Assembly: GCA_046330455.1 (NCBI GenBank)
Contig: JAXLSU010000002.1
Coordinates: forward strand, 297,837 to 329,836
DNA from: Gaiellales bacterium
GTDB taxonomy: Bacteria > Actinomycetota > Thermoleophilia > Gaiellales > Gaiellaceae
Length of the DNA: 32,000 nt
Direction: 5' to 3'
Below, in pieces: positions 23,816 to 32,000 of the stretch (its first letter is position 1; the number at the start of each line of letters is the position of its first letter). Below the pieces are notes generated by a model. The model ran no database searches, had not been told where the DNA came from, and worked only from the letters and a program-made list of their open reading frames with translations. Both the position numbers and the translations under genes were made by a program.

Positions 23816-26617
23816 ATGGCCAGCGAGGCGCCGGTCGGACTCGCCGCGGCGAGCGGCGTGGCTGCGGGCGTGGCCTCGCCCGCCGGCCGCACACGTGAGC
23901 TGGACGCCGTCCGAGCGCTGCTCGAGCCGCCTGACGGCGGGGCGGCGGCGCTCCTCCTGGACGGCGAGGCGGGAATCGGGAAGACGGTGGTCTGGGAGGC
24001 GGGCGTGGCCGGTGCCACGGAGCGTGGGCTGCTCGTCCTGACGTGCCGCCCGGCCGAGCCGGAGGGCTCGCTCGCGTTCGTGGCGCTCGCCGACCTGCTC
24101 GAGAGCGACCCGACCGTCGTCCGGGTGCTCGAGCGTCGCGGCCCGGGAGCGGACGCACTCGCCGACGGGGTGCTCCGCTTCGGCGATGCTCCTGTCGAGG
24201 AGGTGGCGATCGACCGGGCGCTCGTCGGTCTCGTCCGGGAGCTCACGGCCGACCGGCCGCTCGTGGTCGCGATCGACGACGTGCAGTGGCTCGATCCGCC
24301 GAGCGAGCGCGCGCTCGGGTTCCTCGTACGCCGGGCAGCCGGCGTGCCGTTGCGGCTCCTGCTCGCCCGCCGCTCGTCGAGAGACGAGTTGCCGCCGCTC
24401 GGGCTCGACCGCGCCGCCGTCGAGCTCACGAACCTCCGGCTCGGGCCGCTCTCGGTCGACGAGCTCGACGAGGCCGTGTGCGCACGACTCGGGATCCAGC
24501 TCCACCGACCCGCGCTCCTCCAGCTCCACCGAGCCTCCGAAGGCAACCCGTTCTACGCCCTCGAGATCGTCAAGGCCGCGATCAGCCGCTCGCCGGCGCC
24601 GTCCGCGGAGGACCTGCGCGTCCCCCCCGCGCTCGGAGACCTGCTCGCCGGAAGGATCCAGTCGCTCTCCCCGGCCGGCAGGGACGCCGTGCTCCTCGCG
24701 GCGGCGGCGACGACCCCGAGCGCAGGGCTACTCGAGCGGGCGGCCGGAACGTCCGCCGGCATGGTGGAGGCGAGCGAGACCTCGATCCTCGCCCTCGACG
24801 GGTCGCGCGTGCGCTTCACGCACCCCCTGCTCGGCTCGGTCGCCTACGAGTCTGCGCCGCCGTGGGAGCGCCGCGAGGCCCACCGTCGCCTCGCCGTCAC
24901 CGTCCGGGACCCCGTCGAGCGCGCGCTCCATCTTGCCTCCTGCACGGAGGAGCCCTCGGAGACCGTTGCCGCCGAGCTCGCGGAGGGGGCCCGGCTCGCC
25001 GCGGGACGCGGGGCGCCGGCGACCGCCGCCCGGCTCGCCGAGCACGCGCTGCGGCTCTCGCCCGAGGGGGTCTCCACAGCAGTCGAGTGGACGATCGCCG
25101 CGGCCGAGTACCACACGGCGGCGGGAGACGCCGCTCGTGCGCGCGCGTTGCTGGAGGGGCTCGTCGCCGTCCTGCCCGCGGGCCCGGAACGCGCCGGGGC
25201 TCTCTACCGTCTGGCCGACGTGGTCGGGAACGATCTCAGCCGCTCGGTCGGTCTCTGCGAGCAGGCGCTCGAGGAGGCCGGCGACTCGCCCGTGCTCGTG
25301 GCTTCCGTGCATGTGGCACTCAGCGTGTTCACCTGGCTCGCCGGCGATCTCCACGCCTCGCTCGAGCACGCCCGCGCGGCTGCGGTCGCCTCCGAGCGTG
25401 CGGGTGACGAGCGCGAGCTTGCCGTGGCGCTCGGCGGGGCGGCCCACGTCGAGGCGGTGCTCGGCGTCGGCGATCCCCGCCGGACGCTCGAGCCTGCGCT
25501 CGAGCTCGAGCGGAAGCTCGACGACTTCCCGCCGAACTCGCGACCGAGCGTCCAGCTCGGGATCGTGTGCCTCTGCACCGACGCGCTCGAGGAGGCGCGT
25601 CCCCTGCTCGAGGCCGAGCTTCGCCGGGTCAGCGCGGCCGGGGACGACGCCGCCCAGCTCGGCGCCCGCTTCCGGCTCGCCGAGCTCGAGCTCCGCGCCG
25701 GCAACCTGACGGCCGCGGCAGGCCACGCTCGCGTCCTCGAGCAGCTGGCCCGACAGGCAGGTACCGAGCAGGATCACGCGGGCACGCTCTCCCTCCGTGC
25801 CCTCGTCGACGCGCACCTCGGGTACGTCGACGTTGCGCTCAGAGGAGGGGAGCACGCGCTCGAGCTGGCCGAGGCCACGGGCGACCGTATGGTCGCGCTG
25901 CGCGCTCGCGGCGCGCTCGGCTTCGCCGAGCTCTCGCGCGGGCGTCCCCGGGAGGCGCACGCCTGGCTCGCGCCTGCGGTCGACTCGACCGAGGCGATGG
26001 GAATCCGCGAGCTCTCGATTCAGAGTGTCGTCGACAACGAGCTCGAGGCGCTCGTCGCGCTCGGCGAGCTCGAGCGGGCGGAGACGCTCGTCGAGCTGAT
26101 CGAGGAGCGCAGCCGGCCCGGCGCCCGGGCCTGGGGGCTCGCGATCGCCGCGCGCGGGCGGGCACAGCTTCGCTCGGCCCGGGGAGACGACGCCGGTGCG
26201 CGGGCCGCGCTCGCGGAGGCGTTCGCCCAGCACGACCTGCTCGACCGCCCGTTCGAGCTCGCGCGCACGCTGCTCGTCGCCGGAGCGATCGAGCGGCGCG
26301 CGAAGCGCTGGGCGGCCGCGCGCCAGCGGCTCACCGAGGCGCTCGAGCTCCTCGACGCCCTCGGCGCGCCGCTCTGGGCGGAGAAGGCGGCGAGCGAGCT
26401 GGCGCGGATCCCCGGACGCCGCCGCAGCGACGAGCTGACCGAGACGGAGCGGCGGGTGGCCGGGCTGGCGGCGGCGGGGAGATCGAACAAGGAGATCGCG
26501 GCGGCTCTGTTCGTGACGGTGCGGGCGGTCGAGGCGAACCTGACCCGGATCTACGCGAAGCTCGGGGTCCGCTCGCGTGTGGAGCTGGCGAGCCGCCTCG
26601 GGCCCGACGGCTTCTGA
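23816..26617 (+). CDS. Large ATP-binding LuxR-family (LAL / MalT-like) transcriptional regulator
   Basis: 933 aa with Walker A LLLDGEAGIGKT (23963-23986) and Walker B-like LVVAIDDVQWLD. A long Ala/Leu-rich helical-repeat (TPR-like) middle region follows. The C-terminal LuxR HTH reads LTETERRVAGLAAAGRSNKEIAAALFVTVRAVEANLTRIYAKLGV. Confidence 0.9.
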   Translation: MASEAPVGLAAASGVAAGVASPAGRTRELDAVRALLEPPDGGAAALLLDGEAGIGKTVVWEAGVAGATERGLLVLTCRPAEPEGSLAFVALADLLESDPTVVRVLERRGPGADALADGVLRFGDAPVEEVAIDRALVGLVRELTADRPLVVAIDDVQWLDPPSERALGFLVRRAAGVPLRLLLARRSSRDELPPLGLDRAAVELTNLRLGPLSVDELDEAVCARLGIQLHRPALLQLHRASEGNPFYALEIVKAAISRSPAPSAEDLRVPPALGDLLAGRIQSLSPAGRDAVLLAAAATTPSAGLLERAAGTSAGMVEASETSILALDGSRVRFTHPLLGSVAYESAPPWERREAHRRLAVTVRDPVERALHLASCTEEPSETVAAELAEGARLAAGRGAPATAARLAEHALRLSPEGVSTAVEWTIAAAEYHTAAGDAARARALLEGLVAVLPAGPERAGALYRLADVVGNDLSRSVGLCEQALEEAGDSPVLVASVHVALSVFTWLAGDLHASLEHARAAAVASERAGDERELAVALGGAAHVEAVLGVGDPRRTLEPALELERKLDDFPPNSRPSVQLGIVCLCTDALEEARPLLEAELRRVSAAGDDAAQLGARFRLAELELRAGNLTAAAGHARVLEQLARQAGTEQDHAGTLSLRALVDAHLGYVDVALRGGEHALELAEATGDRMVALRARGALGFAELSRGRPREAHAWLAPAVDSTEAMGIRELSIQSVVDNELEALVALGELERAETLVELIEERSRPGARAWGLAIAARGRAQLRSARGDDAGARAALAEAFAQHDLLDRPFELARTLLVAGAIERRAKRWAAARQRLTEALELLDALGAPLWAEKAASELARIPGRRRSDELTETERRVAGLAAAGRSNKEIAAALFVTVRAVEANLTRIYAKLGVRSRVELASRLGPDGF

Positions 26618-26686
26618 GCCGCGAATCTCTGTGGGTTTCCACACTATTCTTTGCGGTCGCGAGGACGCAGGATCGTGTGCGTGGCC

Positions 26687-27028
26687 ATGTCCGCACCGAG
26701 CGAGAACGGAGAGCTGCGCCGCTACCTGATCGAGCTACGCCCGCCCGACACGGGCTGGGCGCAGCTGAGCCAGATCGCCGAGCGGGCGCGACTCGCTGCA
26801 CGTGAGCTGCGGGCTGCGGGGACGCCGGTTCGGTTCCTGCGCTCGGTCTACGTGCCCGAGGACGACGCCTGCTACCTGCTCTACGAAGCGCCGTCCGAGG
26901 CCTCGCTGCGCGAGGCGCTCACCGCAGCGGGGCTGACAGCGACCCGGATCGCCAGCGCGCTACCGCTGACAGAGGGCGTGGGAGGGCACGCCCTGGAGGG
27001 ATCACACCATCGTCGTAGGGGAGGCTGA
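26687..27028 (+). CDS. DUF4242-like small protein
   Basis: From the ATG at 26687: MSAPSENGELRRYLIELRPP...VRFLRSVYVPEDDACYLLYEAPSEASLREALTAAGL.ATRI. As I recall it, this resembles the DUF4242 pattern (...C.. EAPS.EAV......AG..AD.I). This is a weak assignment made from memory. Confidence 0.5.
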   Translation: MSAPSENGELRRYLIELRPPDTGWAQLSQIAERARLAARELRAAGTPVRFLRSVYVPEDDACYLLYEAPSEASLREALTAAGLTATRIASALPLTEGVGGHALEGSHHRRRGG

Positions 27029-27029
27029 G

Positions 27030-30000
27030 ATGTTCGCGTCGTTCGGGTCGGGATTCGGCCCTGGCTGCCGCTCACGGAGCCGGGCCAGGTTGCTCGCTCT
27101 GCTGATCGCGCTCGCCGCCGCGTTCCTGCTGGCGAGCGCCGGCACGGCCGGGGCGGCGCTGCCGCGTCCGGTCGGGGCGCCGGTCGCGATCGACGTGCCG
27201 TCGCCTGCGGGCGATCGCCTGTTCGACGTGAACCCGTTCCGGGCCGGTACCCAGGTACTCGCCCAGGCACTCGAGGACACCAGGACACAACAGCTCAAGC
27301 TCGTCTCCGTCTTCGACCTGAAACTGCTCGCCCAGACTCCGACGGACGGGTTCGTGCCGCGCGGGTCGCTCGGAGCGGGCTGGCGGACATTTCTCTGGGG
27401 AGAGGACGACTCGGGGCAGGCCCGCCTGTGGGCGCCCGCGTTCGACTCCGACCGCACGTTCCTCTCGCTCGACCCGCCACTCGCCTGCGACAGTGCCGCC
27501 GACGCGGCGACCCCGCTGGCCGGCCCGTTCCAGGCCGCGATCCCGGCCGGCGCGAAGCCCGGCGGGCAGATGCTCGCAAGCCCGGCGGAGGCGTTCGTGT
27601 TCGGAGACCCGGGCGATGCCGCGAAGGGCGTTCGTCGACCGCAGACGGCGCCCTGCTCGGTGTGACGAAGACCGGCGCCAATCTCGCCCGCGGCGGCTTC
27701 GGCTTCGCGGGCGCGGTCTTCGCTACGGCACCGCCGGCGGCGAGCCCACCCTCTGGACACCCGAGCTGCTCGGCAAGAGCACGAGACCCTTCCCCGGCGA
27801 TTCGTCGCTTGCCACGAGGCGCCGCCGGCCCAGGGCACGATCACGGTCTCGAAGACGCTCGTCCCGGCCGCCGATCCCGGCCGCTTCGACCTGCGGATCG
27901 ACGGGGAAGCCCACGCCGCCGGCATCGCCGACGACGGCACGACCGGCCCGATCATCGTCCCCGCCGGCGAGCACACCGTCTCCGAGACAGCCGCCGAGGG
28001 CACTGACCTCGCCGACTACACGGCCGAGATCAGCTGCACCGAGGACACGAACCCGGCCAGCCCGCTCACCGGCCCCGGCCCGCTCACGGTCACCGTCGCA
28101 GCCGGCGACGACTGGCAGTGCCGGATCACGAACACGATCGACGTCAGTCGTCTGGCCGACCTGGCCGTCAGCCCCGGCAGCGGATCACCCGGCTCACCGC
28201 TTCGGCTCGAGCCGGCGGGCGGTGTTCCGCAGGGGACGCTCACCCTGTACGTCGGCGCCGAGCAGTCTCCCGTCGTGCGGACCGGCGACGGCGTCCTGAA
28301 CGGGGTCGTGCCGATGTTTCTCGACCCCGAGACGAGCTGGTCGGCACCGCCGGCGGGGCCCGTCGACGTGATCCTGTACGCGGACGGCAGGCCCGTCGCG
28401 GGCGCCCACCATGCGCTCGCGATCACCCCGCTCGAGGAGGCGCCCGGCTCTGGCCGAGAGCGCCGTGGCGAGCCTGTCGCAGATCGCGACCTCGCTCGAT
28501 CTGCTCGCCCAACGGCTGGCAGGCGAGCCCGGCGTCGACCAGCAGTGGCTGACCAGCGGCCGGCGCACTCGACGAGCTGATCAACGGCGACAACCCGAAC
28601 TCGTTCGCGGGCGCGCTCGCCGCCGCCGACCCGCAGGCCCGGCCGCTGCTCGACGCCTGGTTTGCTTCCAGCGGCATGCTGGCCGCGCTCGAGCAGTACG
28701 AGCAGCAGCTCACCGCCCTCGCCGATGGGCTGCCCGCCGGGCCGGCCTCGCGCACCAAGGCGTCGCCTCCGCGCCCTCCAGTCGGCCGTGATCCCGATCT
28801 CGGACGCCGCGCTCGCCCACAAGATGCAGGTCTACGAGCAAGTCAAGCTGTTCGGCGAACAGGTGATCGCCGCCACCAGCTCCACCTGGAGCACGTACCT
28901 CGGCACCGCGGCGGGCGCTCTCAACCTCGTCTTCAACATCCCGGCCGCGCGCGTGCCGGCCGCGATCATCGGCGTCGTGCTCGGCCTCACCGACTTCACG
29001 CTCAACAAGATCGTGCTCGGACTGATGCCCGCACGGATCTCCAGCCTGGATCTCGCCGTCGCCAACCCGACCCCCAAGCCGGGCGAGGCGACCAACGCGA
29101 CCCTCGACCTCGAGGTCGTCAACGACCCGCCCCAGATCGGCATCCAGGACGTGACGAGCGCTCTGGCTGGCAGCCGGCGGCCTCGGCGATCTGGGCAGCG
29201 TAGACCGAAACCTCGACGTCGTCTCCTTCTTCTTGAACGCGATGCAGGCCCAGGTCGCCGGCTACGCAGCCCAGCACCCCGAGCTCAACCTCGACATCAA
29301 CACCGGCCTCGATGCCCGACAAGACCTGGCGGGCCCCGATCACCAACCGCAACTTCGTCACCCTGATGAGCGGCAACACGAGCGTGCTCGCCCCCGCTCG
29401 CCTACAACGCCGACTGGCAGGCCTCCACCCCCAGCCAGAACTGCGGCGACGACATCGACATCTGGGCGTTCACGGCCGCCAACACGTTCGGCACCCAGGC
29501 GGCCCAGTCCAACCACCTCAGCGTCCACGTCGACCCGACGAACCTCCAGGTCAGGGTCAGCCCCGGCTTCGCCGACCTGCTCCCGGGTGCCAGCAAGCAG
29601 TTCATCGTCACCGGCGCGACCAGCATCCAGTGGACCGCGACCGCCGGCACCATCGACCAGAACGGCAACTACACCGCCCCCGCCACCAAGGGCACCTACA
29701 CCGTCACCGCTACCGACACCAACAACCCGAGCTGCAAGGAACCGCAACCGTCAACGTCCGCCCCGTCGTGGTCACCCCGGCCGCGGTCTCGCTCTCCCCC
29801 GGAGACACCACCGCCTTCACCGCCACCGTCACCGGCGCTACCTCGACACTGCCGTCACATGGAGCACGAGCGGGGGCACGATCGACCAGCAGGGCAACTA
29901 CACCGCCCCTCAGAGCTCCGGTACCTACACCATCACCGCCACCAGCAACGAAGACCCCACCAGCCTCGACACCGTCACCGCCACCGTCTTCCAGGGCGGG

Positions 30001-30462
30001 GCCAACATCGAGATCGAGACCAGCCTCCCGGACGATACGAATCAGCCTACGATCTACGGCCCGTGGCAAAACGCCACGAACCTCACCCAGGTCTACGATT
30101 ACGGCTCGGGCGATGTCCTGCTCTGGATCGCCGTCACCGTTCCCGGCGCCACCCCGTCCGACCCGCCCCAGCCGGCCCCCGCCGGCATCGTCGTCGAGGT
30201 CGAGATCGTACGCGGCGGCGGGTACCTCCTGGGGGTGCAACTACTCGGTCGAGCCGTGGACTGCACCCCCGAAGGGGCAACCCGGATCCTCATCCCCACC
30301 GACGCGGACGGCAAGGTACCTGCTGCATGGCTCCCCTCGAATGTGGAGGTCGACACCACGATCCGCGTCAGCCTGGCGAGCGGCGCCAGCGCCACCGTCA
30401 CGTTCGACGTCGTGCTTCCTCCTCCCACCCCCTGTAGCCTGCCCTTTGTGGCGTCTTCTTGA
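27030..30462 (+). pseudogene. Multiply frameshifted gene for a large secreted/surface protein (signal peptide, prealbumin/SpaA-like fold domain, helical/TM-like middle, two Big_2-like Ig repeats)
   Basis: GGGGAGG SD, ATG at 27030 and signal peptide (RARLLALLIALAAAFLLASAGTAGA). Protein-like translation can only be followed by hopping frames about 11 times (see findings). Recognisable segments include GTITVSKTLVPAADPGRFDLRIDG...GEHTVSETAAEGTDLADYTAEISC, VSPGFADLLPGASKQFIVTGATSIQWTATAGTIDQNGNYTAP.TKGTYTVTATD, and VTPAAVSLSPGDTTAFTATVTGA/LDTAVTWSTSGGTIDQQGNYTAPQSSGTYTITATS. Off-frame stretches are Arg/Pro-rich nonsense. Confidence 0.7.
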
Positions 30463-30618
30463 CCGTAGGCTCTCGAGGCCCCGCTGCTCACGACGAACGC
30501 TCGGCTCGCCCGCGCGGAAGGCCACCGGGCGACGATCGTCGCGCTCGCTGAGAATCCAAGCACCTGAGCTGCGCCGCGCTGGACCCCGGCCCTGACCGTC
30601 CACGTCCACTCCAGGGTC

Positions 30619-30761
30619 GTGATCACCCCGGCCTCGGTCACGCTCTCCTCCGGAGAACGACCACCTTCACCGCCACCGTCACCGGCACCACCCGGCGGAC
30701 ATACCACGTGTCTCCCCAGCCACGATCCGCGTCAGCGCGGGCGGCGCCAGCGCCACAACCG
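30619..30761 (+). pseudogene. Internally deleted duplicate remnant of the 3' part of the upstream pseudogene
   Basis: 30619-30692 resembles 29768-29842: gtgatcaccccggcctcggtcacgctctcctccggagaacgaccaccttcaccgccaccgtcaccggcaccacc versus gtggtcaccccggccgcggtctcgctctcccccggagacaccaccgccttcaccgccaccgtcaccggcgctacc. 30720-30761 resembles 30356-30397 (ccacgatccgcgtcagc...ggcgccagcgccac). Confidence 0.6.
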
Positions 30762-30784
30762 CGGAAGCGGGTCGCGTGCGCCGC

Positions 30785-31171
30785 TCAGGCCAGCTCGAGA
30801 TCCGTCTTCGCGAAGTCGTCGCCGAGACAGAGCAGCGGCTCGCCCGCGACGCGGGCGACCGCGTAGGTGAGGCAGTCACCGAAGTTCAGCGCGGCCGGGT
30901 GACGCCCCCGCCCGAAGCGCCTGTACGCGTCGAGGGCAACCGGCCAGTGCTCGGCGCCGAACGGGACCGGCACGAGCCCGAGCTCGTCGACGGCGCGCGA
31001 GAGGAGCGTCCTGCCCGCCACTCCCAGGCGGCTCGTGAGGACGATGCCGGTCTGGGCCAGCGTCGGGGTGCCGATCCCCGCGCTCGGGGCGTCGCGAAGC
31101 TTCGACCACGGCTCCCCGTACCCCGGCTCCTCGACGAGGATCGCGATCAGCGCGGAGCTGTCGACGATCAC
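30785..31171 (-). CDS. vapC: PIN-domain toxin VapC (type II toxin-antitoxin)
   Basis: (M)IVDSSALIAILVEEPG...ALNFGDCLTYAVARVAGEPLLCLGDDFAKTDL, with the conserved PIN acidic residues (D4, E/D mid-protein, D near GDC, DDF). The GTG start forms a GTGA overlap with the vapB stop. Confidence 0.9.
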   Translation of the reverse strand: MIVDSSALIAILVEEPGYGEPWSKLRDAPSAGIGTPTLAQTGIVLTSRLGVAGRTLLSRAVDELGLVPVPFGAEHWPVALDAYRRFGRGRHPAALNFGDCLTYAVARVAGEPLLCLGDDFAKTDLELA

Positions 31172-31479
31172 ACGCCGCCGGGCCCGTACCCGAGGATCGC
31201 CTCGCGCTCCTCTTTCGTGATCCGCTGGCCGCGCACGTCGGGCGGAAGCTGGGGCCAGACCTCGTCCTCGAGGAACCGCTGCCGCCGGGCAACGCGGTCG
31301 GCGGCACGCCGCTCCCCGAGCAGGCGGGCCCGCCGCTCCTCGAGCGCAGTTCGCACCGCTCGCGTCTTCGACTCACCCGTGAGCCCGGCGACCTCGGCCG
31401 CCAGCTGCTCGGTGGTCGGATCCTTGATGTTGAGCGCGATGGTTGAATGGTATCCAGTATGGTAGAGTGATGCCAGCAA
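31168..31479 (-). CDS. vapB: VapB-type antitoxin (Rv0623/PSK transcription-factor-like), start uncertain
   Basis: The core IALNIKDPTTEQLAAEVAGLTGESKTRAVRTALEERRARL matches the MALNIKD... antitoxin family. The codon at the expected start is ATC (31440-31438). The nearest in-frame canonical start is TTG at 31479-31477, which adds 13 aa. The rest of the 192-aa track ORF is rejected. Confidence 0.7.
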   Translation of the reverse strand: MLASLYHTGYHSTIALNIKDPTTEQLAAEVAGLTGESKTRAVRTALEERRARLLGERRAADRVARRQRFLEDEVWPQLPPDVRGQRITKEEREAILGYGPGGV

Positions 31480-31498
31480 CCATATGCTAGAATATGGT
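31479..31498. promoter_or_regulatory. Palindromic operator candidate overlapping an extended -10 (TGCTAGAAT) of the RHH-MazF operon
   Basis: ACCATAT-gctaga-ATATGGT has 7-bp arms. TAGAAT at 31488-31493 is preceded by TGc, and the ATG at 31501 lies only 7 nt downstream, suggesting a leaderless or near-leaderless mRNA. Confidence 0.4.
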
Positions 31499-31500
31499 CG

Positions 31501-31743
31501 ATGAGGCGGCAGTCGCTCGTCCAGCTCTCCGACGAGCTGCTCGCCCTGCTCGACGAGCGGGCGGTGCGCTCCGGCCGGTCGCGGTCGGCGCTCATCCGTG
31601 AGGCGATCGAGCAATACGTCGCCACCGACGCCGACGCACAGATCGACGCGGCGATCGTCCAGGGCTACGAGCGGGTTCCGCAGGAGTCCGACCGCTGGGC
31701 TGAGGTCGCCGCGCGCGAGGCGATCGCGGCGGAGCCGTGGTGA
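31501..31743 (+). CDS. Ribbon-helix-helix (CopG/MetJ-type) antitoxin
   Basis: 80 aa: MRRQSLVQLSDELLALLDERAVRSGRSRSALIREAIEQYV, an RHH beta-strand plus two helices. Its stop overlaps the downstream toxin start (GTGA). Confidence 0.85.
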   Translation: MRRQSLVQLSDELLALLDERAVRSGRSRSALIREAIEQYVATDADAQIDAAIVQGYERVPQESDRWAEVAAREAIAAEPW

Positions 31744-32000
31744 CAAGAGGCGAGCTCTGGTGGGCCGAGCATCCGGAAGCGGGCAGGCGTCCGTTTCTCG
31801 TGCTGACCCGGGAGGCCGCGATCCCCGTCCTCAGGCGCGTGGTCGCCGTGCCGGCGACGCGAACGATCCGCGGCCTCCCGACCGAGGTCGTCCTCGACGT
31901 CGAGGACGGCATGCCCGAGCGCTGCGCACTCAGCTTCGACAACGTCACGACAATTCCGAAGTCGCTGCTCACAGGGCGCATCTGCCGGCTCGGTGCCGAC
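31740..32000 (+). CDS. mazF: MazF/PemK-family endoribonuclease toxin (3' end runs off the window)
   Basis: My translation from the GTG at 31740: VTRGELWWAEHPEAGRRPFLVLTREAAIPVLRRVVAVPATRTIRGLPTEVVLDVEDGMPERCALSFDNVTTIPKSLL. This is the typical PemK/MazF pattern. It is missing from the ORF track because it is open at the window edge. Confidence 0.85.
   Translation, partial: MTRGELWWAEHPEAGRRPFLVLTREAAIPVLRRVVAVPATRTIRGLPTEVVLDVEDGMPERCALSFDNVTTIPKSLLTGRICRLGAD

Noticed and set aside
30619-30870. The 83-aa plus-strand ORF between the pseudogene and vapC as a real small gene.
   Set aside because: Its 5' half is the decayed duplicate of the Ig-repeat region read out of frame. Its 3' half runs antisense into vapC. 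The composition is Pro/Arg/Ser-rich.

Overview
Very GC-rich window (about 70% by eye) with actinobacterial-type gene order (dgt-dnaG-tRNA-Asn), apparent leaderless starts and many 4-nt start/stop overlaps. No rRNA, CRISPR array, transposase or integrase was seen. Positions 1-18.3 kb look like core metabolism and housekeeping. On the minus strand there is a four-gene hydantoinase/racemase/FAD-oxidoreductase operon. A eukaryote-like type II sulfide:quinone oxidoreductase follows on the plus strand. Next come an NlpC/P60 cell-wall hydrolase with a long, lower-GC, structured leader, a PRC-barrel protein and YqgE/AlgH. A heme-copper oxidase operon (CuA subunit II, subunit I, membrane cytochrome c, exported protein) follows; its subunit I has Asn where the cross-linked active-site Tyr is expected. 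After that come a triple-repeat Ltp lipoprotein, tRNA-Met, YjbQ, tRNA-Asn, dnaG and dgt. Positions 18.4-32 kb look accessory. The most interesting candidate is a tightly linked same-strand pair followed by a large AAA+/LuxR regulator. The first gene encodes a 2-TM protein with two TrkA-N/RCK Rossmann domains and four RyR-type repeats. The second, 34 nt downstream, encodes a TIR-TM-WD40 protein that retains the catalytic-position Glu. I propose, as inference only, a TIR NAD-derived-signal / NAD-sensing membrane-effector module. Downstream lie a DUF4242-like gene and a 3.4-kb secreted surface-protein gene broken by about 11 frameshifts, with a deleted duplicate remnant. The window ends with two back-to-back divergent type II toxin-antitoxin modules (VapBC and RHH-MazF). 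A perfect 47-bp hairpin-rich direct repeat, with a degenerate third copy 4 kb away, is also reported. All calls come from reading the translations and sequence by eye; no database search was run.
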